Assembly: GCA_050012075.1 (NCBI GenBank) | Contig: JBEKHW010000006.1 | Location: forward strand, 1 to 59,507 | Reading direction: 5' to 3' | From: Candidatus Omnitrophota bacterium | Lineage (GTDB): Bacteria; Omnitrophota; Gorgyraeia; Gygaellales; Profunditerraquicolaceae | Length of the DNA: 59,507 nt | In this document: positions 51,463 to 59,507 of the stretch, piece by piece | Layout of the letters: each line of letters starts with the position of its first letter | How positions within the stretch are numbered: the first letter of the stretch is position 1 | Position numbers and translations under genes: made by a program | The notes under the pieces: generated by a model | Told to the model about the DNA's origin: nothing | Seen by the model: only the letters and a program-made list of their open reading frames with translations | The model's database searches: none

Positions 51463-53496
51463 ATGAGGCTAACTTATAACTGGTTAAAAGATTTTGTAGA
51501 GATTAAGCTAGAGCCAGAACTACTTGCAGATAAGCTGACGATGGCAGGCATTGAAGTGAAGGCCCTGGAAGAAGTAGGGGGAGACACTGTTTTTGAAATC
51601 GAGATCACCTCTAACCGGCCGGACCTTTTAAGTGTTATAGGTATTGCCAGGGAGATAGCTGCAATCACAGGGAAGAAGTTGATTCTTCCAAAGTCACAAA
51701 GTCACAAAGTCACAAAGTCACAAGCTCATAAAGGGTTCTCTGTAAGCATAGAAAATAAAAAGGATTGCCCGCTGTATACTGCCAAGATTATAGAGGGGGT
51801 AAAAGTCGCTCCTTCTCCTGCCTGGCTCAAAAATAGATTAGAGCTTATCGGCTGCCGCAGTATAAACAATATCGTCGATATTACAAACTATATCCTCTTT
51901 ACTTACGGCGAGCCATTGCATGCTTTTGATTTGGATAGATTGTCTCCTGGGGGTATTTTTGTGCGTAGGGCTCGGCAGGGTGAGCGTATTGTAACCATTG
52001 ACGCAGCAGAGCGTTCTCTCGATAAAGATATACTGGTTATCGCAGATAATCAGAAAACCGTGGCCTTAGCAGGCATAATGGGAGGCAAGGATAGCGAAGT
52101 ATCGCCTTATACAAAGAATATACTTTTAGAGGCAGCAATATTTAGCCCTGCTTTAACAAGGAAGGCGCGTCAGAAGCTGGGCATGCAGACAGATTCCTCT
52201 TACCGTTTTGAAAGAGGGATGAGCCCGCATACAGCGCAAAATGCGTCTATTGCGGCAACAGATTTAATTTTGCAGTTGGCCGGCGGCAAACTCACGCTGG
52301 CAAAAAGCGCAGGCGCTCTTAAGGCCAAACCTAAGAGCGTGCGGGTAGAGCTCGCCTCTGCGCGCCGAATATTGGGTGCTAGCATTACCGCGAAAGAGAC
52401 AAAGAAAATCCTCGTCAACTTAGGCCTGAACGTAAAAGCGTCGGGTAAAGATGCCTTTCGCGCAGGTATCCCCTCCTTCCGCAGTGATATATCTTACGAA
52501 ATAGATATAGTTGAGGAGATAGCCAGAATCCGCGGCTACGATTCAATGCCGACAACTTTACCCAAAATAACGCCGTGGCCGCCTTCTTTAGAGAAAAGGG
52601 ATTTAGTCGGCCTGGTAAAGCAGGCGCTTGTATCATTGGGGCTGAATGAAGTCATTACCTACAGCCTGATTAACCGCGCTTTACTGGAACCCTTTGCCGA
52701 TGAGAAAGATCCCCATCTTGTGGAGATACAGAATCCCTTAAGCAGTGAACAGGAAGTTTTAAGGGCAAGTTTATTGCCCAGCCTCATTAAATGCGTCGCC
52801 CACAACCACAATCAGAAACAAGAATATGTTAACATCTTTGAAGTTGCCAATGTTTTTACAGAAGATAAGGGCCAGGTTAAAGAGGAGCTGCATTTAGCCA
52901 TTGCCTTAAGCGGGATAAGGCCTCTGTTTATTGAAGAAACAGTGATAAAGGATAAGGCGGGGTTACTCCATTTAAAAGGTATTTGTGAAGCGCTTTTTGG
53001 GAAACTAGGGATAAACAAATACGAATTTCAGGATAGCGGTAATGGCAGGGTGAATATATCGGTTGCCGGAGAAAACACGGGGCTTCTTATCAGGGTGGCA
53101 AGCAGGATATCGGAGCGTTTCGATATCAAGAATCAGGATGTGGTAGCTGCGGAGCTATCTTTAGAGAAGGCATTCGTGCAAAGCAATTTTTCCAGGAAGT
53201 TCTCTAGCCTGCCTAGGTTTCCCGCGATAAGCAGGGATATAAGCTTTATTTTGAAAGATGAAATCCCTATACGGGAGGTCTTGGCAGCATTGGAAGAAAA
53301 AGGCAAGCCCCTTTTAGCCGGGGCGTGTGTCACCGACTATTATAAAGGTAAGCAAATACCGCAGGGGTGCCGCGGCATAACCGTTTCCTGCGTATATCGT
53401 TTGGAAGAGCGTACCCTGACAGAGGAAGAGGTAAATCCTGTTCACTCGGCGCTGCGCAGTCTTTTAGAGGCGCATTTTCAGGCAAAGATACGTTAG
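51463..53496 (+). CDS. pheT: Phenylalanine-tRNA ligase beta subunit, short form without the B2 OB domain
   Basis: ITSNRPDLLS, GEPLHAFD, RFERG, RDISF FDX-ACB; 677 aa. Confidence 0.95.
   Translation: MRLTYNWLKDFVEIKLEPELLADKLTMAGIEVKALEEVGGDTVFEIEITSNRPDLLSVIGIAREIAAITGKKLILPKSQSHKVTKSQAHKGFSVSIENKKDCPLYTAKIIEGVKVAPSPAWLKNRLELIGCRSINNIVDITNYILFTYGEPLHAFDLDRLSPGGIFVRRARQGERIVTIDAAERSLDKDILVIADNQKTVALAGIMGGKDSEVSPYTKNILLEAAIFSPALTRKARQKLGMQTDSSYRFERGMSPHTAQNASIAATDLILQLAGGKLTLAKSAGALKAKPKSVRVELASARRILGASITAKETKKILVNLGLNVKASGKDAFRAGIPSFRSDISYEIDIVEEIARIRGYDSMPTTLPKITPWPPSLEKRDLVGLVKQALVSLGLNEVITYSLINRALLEPFADEKDPHLVEIQNPLSSEQEVLRASLLPSLIKCVAHNHNQKQEYVNIFEVANVFTEDKGQVKEELHLAIALSGIRPLFIEETVIKDKAGLLHLKGICEALFGKLGINKYEFQDSGNGRVNISVAGENTGLLIRVASRISERFDIKNQDVVAAELSLEKAFVQSNFSRKFSSLPRFPAISRDISFILKDEIPIREVLAALEEKGKPLLAGACVTDYYKGKQIPQGCRGITVSCVYRLEERTLTEEEVNPVHSALRSLLEAHFQAKIR
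51690..51721 (+). repeat. (AAAGTCAC)x4 inside pheT
   Basis: Four exact copies; encodes [11 protein letters not shown]. Confidence 0.95.
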
Positions 53497-53507
53497 GCAA
53501 GAGGGGG

Positions 53508-53536
53508 TTGACTTGGCTTTAGCCATGTGCTATACT
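53508..53536 (+). promoter_or_regulatory. Promoter upstream of 6S RNA
   Basis: TTGACT-17 nt-TATACT with extended -10 TG. Confidence 0.7.
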
Positions 53537-53566
53537 TTAAATACAAGAAGGACAAAATGCTCTTTT

Positions 53567-53722
53567 AAAGTCCCTGCGGTGCGCGTTGGAAATTGTGAGA
53601 TGTTGAACCAACATCAACTAACAGGGAGCTCGTGTTCGTTAACGCTTTGGCGTTAAAGACAGAGCACCCACCTGTAACCTACGGTTCAGATTATCATTCC
53701 AACGGCACATTGCGGGGATTTT
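53567..53722 (+). ncRNA. ssrS: 6S RNA
   Basis: Long closing stem TCCCTGCGGTG/CATTGCGGGGA; TGAACC...GGTTCA and GGGAGC...GCACCCACCTG motifs; pheT/ygfA neighbourhood. Confidence 0.85.
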
Positions 53723-53761
53723 TTTATTGAGGCCACAACTTACGGAACAAAGTGAACGCAA

Positions 53762-55099
53762 ATGGAGCTATTCGAAGAAAAAAAGATAGATAATAAAAAT
53801 CTGCCGCTGGCAGTGCGCATGCGGCCGGTCTCCTTAGAAGAGTTTGTCGGCCAAGAGCATCTATTGGGCAAGGGTAAACTCCTGCGCCGTGCCATTGAAG
53901 CAGACCGGTTAAGCTCGCTTATCCTCTACGGGCCTCCGGGCACAGGTAAAACGTCTCTTGCCTGGTGCGTAGCCAATATTACCAAGTCATACTACGCGGC
54001 AATAAACGCCACCACATCCAATGTCGAAGAGTTGCGTAAGGTTATTGCCCAGGCAAAGCTGCGGGCCGTAAACAGCGGTCAAAAAACAACCCTTTTTATC
54101 GACGAGATACATCGTTTCAATAAAGCGCAGCAGGATGTGTTGTTGCCTGACGTGGAAGAGGGAAATCCTGTTCTTATCGGTGCTACCGTCCACAATCCTT
54201 TTTTCTCGATCGCCTCGCCCCTTGTTTCGCGCTCGCTAGTCTGCGAGTTAAAACCCCTTAAAGAGGGAGAGGTCCTGCGGATTCTTGAGCGCGCTTTAAA
54301 GGATAAAGAGAGAGGCCTCGGGAATATAAAAATCGAAACAGAAAAAAAGGCGCTTTCGTTCTTAAGCAAGATATGCGAAGGGGATGCCAGGCGCGCATTA
54401 AGTGCCCTGGAAATAGGAGCACTGACCACGCCTAAATCCAAGGACGGCGTCGTTAATATTACTCTGGAGGTTGCTTCCGAGTCCATCCAGAAGAAGGCTA
54501 TCTTGTACGACAAGGATGAAGACGCTCATTATGACAGCGCCTCGGCGTTCATTAAGTCCATGCGTGGCTCAGACCCGGACGCAGCTATTTATTGGATGGC
54601 CAAGATGCTTTCTGCCGGAGAGGATCACCGTTTTATTGCCCGCAGGATTTGTATCCTGGCCGCAGAGGATGTGGGTAATGCCGACCCCTTGGCGCTTGTG
54701 TTAGCTAATGCGGCAATGCAGATTTCAGAATTTGTAGGCATGCCTGAGGCGCGCATTCCTCTGGCGCAGGCAACCCTGTATGTCTCCTGTGCCCCCAAAT
54801 CCAACGCCAGTTATCTGGCAGTAGAAAAGGCCTACCAGGATATCGAGAATGAAAAAATACAGGAGGTACCCGACCACCTTAAAGACGCTTCCTACCCCGG
54901 AGCCCAAACCTTAGGCCGCGGCGCGGGGTACAAATACGCCCACGATTACGAAGGCCATTATGTCAAACAGAAATACACAAGAAGGAAAGTAAAATATTAT
55001 GAGCCTACGGAAATAGGCTATGAAGCCAAGATAAAACAGCGCCTGGAAAAACTGCGCAAAGAAAACAACCCGCTTAAGGGCGCAAGAGAGAAAACCTAA
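53762..55099 (+). CDS. rarA: Replication-associated recombination protein A (MgsA/RarA)
   Basis: PLAVRMRP, GPPGTGKT, DEIHRFNKAQQD, KSMRGSDPDAA. Confidence 0.96.
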   Translation: MELFEEKKIDNKNLPLAVRMRPVSLEEFVGQEHLLGKGKLLRRAIEADRLSSLILYGPPGTGKTSLAWCVANITKSYYAAINATTSNVEELRKVIAQAKLRAVNSGQKTTLFIDEIHRFNKAQQDVLLPDVEEGNPVLIGATVHNPFFSIASPLVSRSLVCELKPLKEGEVLRILERALKDKERGLGNIKIETEKKALSFLSKICEGDARRALSALEIGALTTPKSKDGVVNITLEVASESIQKKAILYDKDEDAHYDSASAFIKSMRGSDPDAAIYWMAKMLSAGEDHRFIARRICILAAEDVGNADPLALVLANAAMQISEFVGMPEARIPLAQATLYVSCAPKSNASYLAVEKAYQDIENEKIQEVPDHLKDASYPGAQTLGRGAGYKYAHDYEGHYVKQKYTRRKVKYYEPTEIGYEAKIKQRLEKLRKENNPLKGAREKT

Positions 55100-58000
55100 A
55101 TGATTATATTTTTTGAAATACTTATGGCTATCGGTGGACTAATGGTTCTTTACGCCGTCGCCGGTATCTTTTTCCCTACGGGGGCACTTCGGAAAGCAAA
55201 ACCTACAAAGAGCGGCGGTTTTTTTGGCCCAGGAAAAGCAAGGATTGACCCCAGAGAGCAAAAAGTTCAGCAGCTGGAAGGTAAAATTGCCGCTGGAGAG
55301 GCGGAGCTGGTTAAAATAAGAGGCGACAATAGCAGGATGGAAGGGGAATTGGCGCTCATTAAGGAACGCGAAACATCTTTACAGGAGGAGCTTAGGCGCA
55401 GGGAAGAATGGGTTGCCAAATCAGAGAGTTCAGTAGAGAAAGTAAAAGAAGAAAATCTCTCTTTAAAACAGAATTATCTGGCCAAAGAGAAAGAATTACA
55501 GGAAGAGTACAGCAAAAAAGTAAGCCTTGAACAAGAGGTGCGCAAATTACAGGAGCGCATAACCGCGCTTGAGAATGAAGTAAAGGAAAAGGTCGATAAA
55601 ACCGAAGCCCAAAAGCACCTTTTGGAAAAAGCAGCAGCCGAAATAAAAACAAATTTAACCAGTATCACAGAACACAAGAAGCGCGAGGCGCAGAGTGAAT
55701 GGGTGCCTAAGGGCGATTTCAATAAACTTAACGAGGAATATTCGGAACTGGAGAAAGAGCTGGAACGTAACGAAGAGAAGCTGCAATCTTTTGCTAAGGA
55801 GATTGCCCAATTAAAGAGTCAGCTTGTCCAGAAAGAATTCTGGGAAAAGAGCGCTTCTCAGAAAGCGGCTATTGAGTCCGATGAAGAAATCCCTTCAGGG
55901 ATTCCTAAAGAGAAAGAAGTCGAACTCCAGCCTCAGGCAGAAGCCCCAGTTCCCGAACCGCAGGCGCCCGTAGAGGAAAAGGCAATAGAGGAGCCCCCGA
56001 AAGAAGAAAAAATAGAAGAGAAAACAGAAGAGGAAGAACCCGCGCCTGCCCCGGCAGCGGAAAAGGCGGAAAAGAAGGAAAAAGGAGAACGGCCCAAGCC
56101 GCCGATAGAGATGGGCCATATACGCAATATAGGTATCATGGCGCATATCGATGCCGGCAAGACCACCCTTTCTGAACGTATACTTTTCTATACGGGGAAA
56201 ACCCACAAGATAGGAGAGGTTCATGAGGGCGCAGCGCAGATGGATTGGATGAAGCAGGAAAGGGAGCGGGGCATAACCATTACAGCTGCGGCTACTACTT
56301 GTTTCTGGAAAGGCTACAGGATTAATCTGATTGATACGCCGGGCCATGTGGATTTTACCGTGGAGGTAGAAAGGAGCCTGCGCGTCCTAGACGGTGCAGT
56401 GGCTGTGTTCTGCGCTGTCGGAGGCGTTGAGCCGCAGTCAGAGACCGTCTGGCATCAGTCAAATAAATACAACGTCCCAAAAATCGCCTTTATAAACAAG
56501 ATGGACAGGACCGGCGCGGATTTCTTTGCGGTAGTCAAGGGCATTGAAGATATCCTCGCGGCCAATGCGGTTTGTTTGGAGATCCCTATTGGCCAGGAGG
56601 AGAATTTTAAAGGGGTCATAGACCTCCTGGAGATGAAGGCAAATTTTTACGAAGATGAATCCCAGGGTAAAGAGATACGCGTGGAAGAAATTCCTGCCGA
56701 ATTCCTGGATCAGGCAAAGAAATACCGGCATAATATGATTGAAAAGGCGGCTTCGCAAGACGAAGGCCTTACGAAAAAATACCTGGAGGAAGAGTCTGCA
56801 ATTACACAGGAGGAGTTGATACAGGCATTGCGCCGGGCTACTATCGCCAATAAAATCGTGCCTGTTCTCTGCGGCGCAGCCCTGAAAAATAAAGGAGTAC
56901 AAAAGCTCCTGGATGCCGTAACTCTTTATCTTCCTTCGCCGGCGGATCTACCTGCCGTAAAAGGTCATTCTCCTGACGATGAAAATGTCATTGTGGAAAG
57001 AAAAGCGGATACGCAGGAACCTTTTGCAGGCCTTGCTTTCAAGGTGCAGGCAGATCCCCATATGGGTAAGCTTGTTTATGCCAGGGTCTACTCCGGCGTT
57101 CTTGAAACAGGCACGTATGTCCTTAATTCCAGTAAAAATAAAAAAGAGCGCGTAGGCCGTATTGTGCTTATGCATGCTAACCAGAGGGAAAATATAGAGA
57201 ACGCTTTTGCGGGAGATATCATTGCCTTAATCGGGCTGAATAATACGGTAACAGGGCATACGCTTTGCGACCCTGATGAGCCGGTTGTTTTAGAGGCGAT
57301 GCGTTTTCCGACGCCGGTAGTTTCTTTAAGCGTCTCACCAAAAAGCCGCAGTGACCAGGATAAGCTTGGAAAGGCCCTGGGCCGGCTTACGGAGGAGGAT
57401 CCCACATTCGTGGTTAATTCTGACGAGGAGACAAAGGAGACCATTCTTACCGGCATGGGCGAATTACACCTTGAGATTATCGTGGACAGGCTTAAGACCG
57501 AGTTTGGCGTTGAAGCGATTGTGGGTCAGCCAAAGGTCGCTTTCCGGGAGACGATTTTACAATCCTGCGGCGCAGAAGGTAAATATATCCGACAGACAGG
57601 CGGCCGCGGCCAGTATGGCCATGTAGTGATTGAAATCGCACCTGCCAAGCCCGGAGAAGGGTTTCAGTTTACCAACAGTATCAAGGGAGGCGCTATCCCC
57701 GCCTCTTTTATTCCCTCGATTGAGAAAGGCATTATCGAAGCGATGGATAAAGGAGTGTTCGCGGGGTATCCTGTGGTAGATACAAAGGTCGATCTTGTTG
57801 ACGGCTCTTTCCATGAAGTAGATTCATCGGAGTTGGCCTTTAAGATTGCCGGGAGCATTGCTTTTAAAGAGGCATTTTTGAAGGCGCAGCCGGTTTTACT
57901 GGAGCCATATATGTCCCTTGTGGTAACTACTCCCGAAGAGTTCGTAAACAGTATCGTCGGATATATCTGTTCGCGCCGCGGAAAAATTATCAATATCGAT

Positions 58001-58198
58001 GCCAAGGCAAAACAAAAGGAGATCTCTGCCGAGGTCCCGCTTTCTGAGATGTTCGGGTATACCACCAATATCCGCTCCCTAAGTAGCGGCAGGGCAGCTG
58101 CCTCGATGGAATTTAACAAATACCTGCAGGTGCCGCAAGAGATAGCCCAGAAGATCGTAGAAGAAAAGAAAGCCAGGGAAGCAAAAAAACGCTCTTGA
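55100..58198 (+). CDS. fusA: Elongation factor G with a 337-aa N-terminal extension (TM helix, coiled coil, acidic/Pro linker)
   Basis: [52 protein letters not shown] after Met338; N-terminal hydrophobic helix. Confidence 0.9.
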   Translation: MIIFFEILMAIGGLMVLYAVAGIFFPTGALRKAKPTKSGGFFGPGKARIDPREQKVQQLEGKIAAGEAELVKIRGDNSRMEGELALIKERETSLQEELRRREEWVAKSESSVEKVKEENLSLKQNYLAKEKELQEEYSKKVSLEQEVRKLQERITALENEVKEKVDKTEAQKHLLEKAAAEIKTNLTSITEHKKREAQSEWVPKGDFNKLNEEYSELEKELERNEEKLQSFAKEIAQLKSQLVQKEFWEKSASQKAAIESDEEIPSGIPKEKEVELQPQAEAPVPEPQAPVEEKAIEEPPKEEKIEEKTEEEEPAPAPAAEKAEKKEKGERPKPPIEMGHIRNIGIMAHIDAGKTTLSERILFYTGKTHKIGEVHEGAAQMDWMKQERERGITITAAATTCFWKGYRINLIDTPGHVDFTVEVERSLRVLDGAVAVFCAVGGVEPQSETVWHQSNKYNVPKIAFINKMDRTGADFFAVVKGIEDILAANAVCLEIPIGQEENFKGVIDLLEMKANFYEDESQGKEIRVEEIPAEFLDQAKKYRHNMIEKAASQDEGLTKKYLEEESAITQEELIQALRRATIANKIVPVLCGAALKNKGVQKLLDAVTLYLPSPADLPAVKGHSPDDENVIVERKADTQEPFAGLAFKVQADPHMGKLVYARVYSGVLETGTYVLNSSKNKKERVGRIVLMHANQRENIENAFAGDIIALIGLNNTVTGHTLCDPDEPVVLEAMRFPTPVVSLSVSPKSRSDQDKLGKALGRLTEEDPTFVVNSDEETKETILTGMGELHLEIIVDRLKTEFGVEAIVGQPKVAFRETILQSCGAEGKYIRQTGGRGQYGHVVIEIAPAKPGEGFQFTNSIKGGAIPASFIPSIEKGIIEAMDKGVFAGYPVVDTKVDLVDGSFHEVDSSELAFKIAGSIAFKEAFLKAQPVLLEPYMSLVVTTPEEFVNSIVGYICSRRGKIINIDAKAKQKEISAEVPLSEMFGYTTNIRSLSSGRAAASMEFNKYLQVPQEIAQKIVEEKKAREAKKRS

Positions 58199-58232
58199 GC
58201 CGCAGGCCAAAATGTGTTAAAATTTCTCTACT

Positions 58233-58889
58233 ATGATTATTACAGAGCAGAAACCATTTCAGCAGATCCTAGAATACCTTAAGGGTTATAATAAGATATT
58301 CCTTGTGGGCTGCGGGGAGTGCGCGACGACCTGTAAGAGCGGCAGCGAAACAGAGTTGCTTGCGATAAAACAGCTTTTGGAAGGAGAAGGTAAGCAGGTG
58401 CTGGGTATGTGTATACCTTCCGCGCCCTGTGTGGCAAGCCAGATAAAAACAGAGCTGGCAAAAAACTCCAAGCTGTTACGCCAGGCAGAAGCGGTTCTGG
58501 TTTTGGCATGCGGCCTGGGAGTTCAGTCAGTCAAGGATAACGATAGGATGAATTTAGCGGTGTTGCCGGCGTTAAATACTATATGCGGGGCCGTGATGGA
58601 TGCTAGGGGTGATTTCTACGAGAAATGCTCTATGTGCGGGGAGTGCGTCTTAGCTGTCACGGGGGGCATCTGTCCCGTAACAATTTGTCCAAAGGGGCTG
58701 TTAAACGGCCCTTGCGGCGGCATGGATAAAGGTAAATGCGAGGTAGATAAAGAAAAGGATTGTGCCTGGGTTCTTATTTATAAGGAGTTTGAAAAGAAAG
58801 CGGGGCAGGCCGCCTTAAAAGAAGTCCTCCCGCCAAGAGACCACAAGAAAGCAGGGAGGCCGCATAGATTTATCACGGCACCAAAATAA
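58233..58889 (+). CDS. Methylenetetrahydrofolate reductase C-terminal-domain (MetV-like) Cys-rich protein
   Basis: GCGECATTC, ACGLGVQ, CSMCGEC...CPKGLLNGPCGG...CEVD...CAW. Confidence 0.85.
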   Translation: MIITEQKPFQQILEYLKGYNKIFLVGCGECATTCKSGSETELLAIKQLLEGEGKQVLGMCIPSAPCVASQIKTELAKNSKLLRQAEAVLVLACGLGVQSVKDNDRMNLAVLPALNTICGAVMDARGDFYEKCSMCGECVLAVTGGICPVTICPKGLLNGPCGGMDKGKCEVDKEKDCAWVLIYKEFEKKAGQAALKEVLPPRDHKKAGRPHRFITAPK

Positions 58890-58891
58890 AT

Positions 58892-59320
58892 ATGGACCCG
58901 TTGCCTTATAGCGAAAAAGTGATGGACCATTTTACCAACCCGCGCAATGTCGGAGAGATCGCTGATGCCAGCGGTATCGGTACAGTGGGTAACCCCATAT
59001 GCGGCGACGTAATGAAGATGTTCCTTAAGATAGAAAACGGCATAATTGTAGATGCGAAATTCAAAACTTTCGGCTGCGGCGCGGCTGTGGCGACTAGCTC
59101 CATGGTTACAGAGATGGTTAAAGGTAAAACCATAGAGGAGGCACTCCGGATTTCTAATAAAGCAGTTGCCGAGGCCCTAGGAGGGCTGCCCCCTATAAAA
59201 ATGCACTGTTCTGTCCTGGCTGAAGAGGCGCTGCGCTCTGCCCTTGCGGATTATTACCGCAAACAGGGTAAAGAGGTGCCGTTTAAGGAGAAGCCCGCAG
59301 GACATGAACACAGCCATTAA
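58892..59320 (+). CDS. nifU: Fe-S cluster scaffold, NifU/IscU-like
   Basis: YSEKVMDHF.NPRNVG, NPICGD, FGCG, KMHCS. Confidence 0.92.
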   Translation: MDPLPYSEKVMDHFTNPRNVGEIADASGIGTVGNPICGDVMKMFLKIENGIIVDAKFKTFGCGAAVATSSMVTEMVKGKTIEEALRISNKAVAEALGGLPPIKMHCSVLAEEALRSALADYYRKQGKEVPFKEKPAGHEHSH

Positions 59321-59333
59321 GTTCTTACGAGCA

Positions 59334-59507
59334 ATGTTGACAAAAGAAGAAATACGTAGTAAAATCTTGGTTAGGTTAAAAACACAGAAGGAGGATGACC
59401 GAGACCGTAAAAGTAAGGTAATAAAAAATAAACTTTTCAGGAACCCGGTTTTTAAAAAGGCAAAAATAGTGATGTTTTACATCTCAATCGGTGGTGAAGT
59501 AGATACC
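59334..59507 (+). CDS. 5-formyltetrahydrofolate cyclo-ligase, partial
   Basis: MLTKEEIRSKIL...FKKAKIVMFYISIGGEVDT, the typical YgfA N-terminus. Confidence 0.8.
   Translation, partial: MLTKEEIRSKILVRLKTQKEDDRDRKSKVIKNKLFRNPVFKKAKIVMFYISIGGEVDT

Overview
Chromosomal replication-origin region of a diderm bacterium; gene content and repeat style suggest Candidatus Omnitrophota/PVC group, which is an inference. Genes run on the - strand up to dnaA and on the + strand after about 36.6 kb. Left arm: an accessory envelope/glycosylation region around tRNA-Gln and tRNA-Asp/Val, a PyrR-attenuated pyrimidine cluster (pyrR-B-C, carAB, pyrK-D-F) interleaved with DNA-repair and other genes, then rsmI-glmS and gyrA-gyrB-dciA-dnaN-dnaA with DnaA boxes. 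Right arm: rpmH-yidD-yidC-jag(N only)-parS-parAB-ndk-yicC-gmk-rpoZ-coaC, tRNAs, thrS-infC-rpmI-rplT, a five-gene Trk K+ uptake operon, pheST, 6S RNA, rarA, an unusual fusA, a metV-like gene, nifU and a partial 5-formyl-THF cyclo-ligase. Main findings: (1) a 1032-aa EF-G with an N-terminal membrane anchor and long coiled coil; (2) short 7-8 bp tandem-repeat elements inside core genes in stop-free orientation, including the same (AAAGTCAC)x4 in pyrD, carB and pheT; (3) a three-copy double-hairpin element with compensatory base changes; (4) serial att-like scars of the tRNA-Gln 3' end bracketing single cargo genes; (5) an uncalled 38-aa membrane peptide coupled between trkA and trkH; (6) no rnpA between rpmH and yidD.
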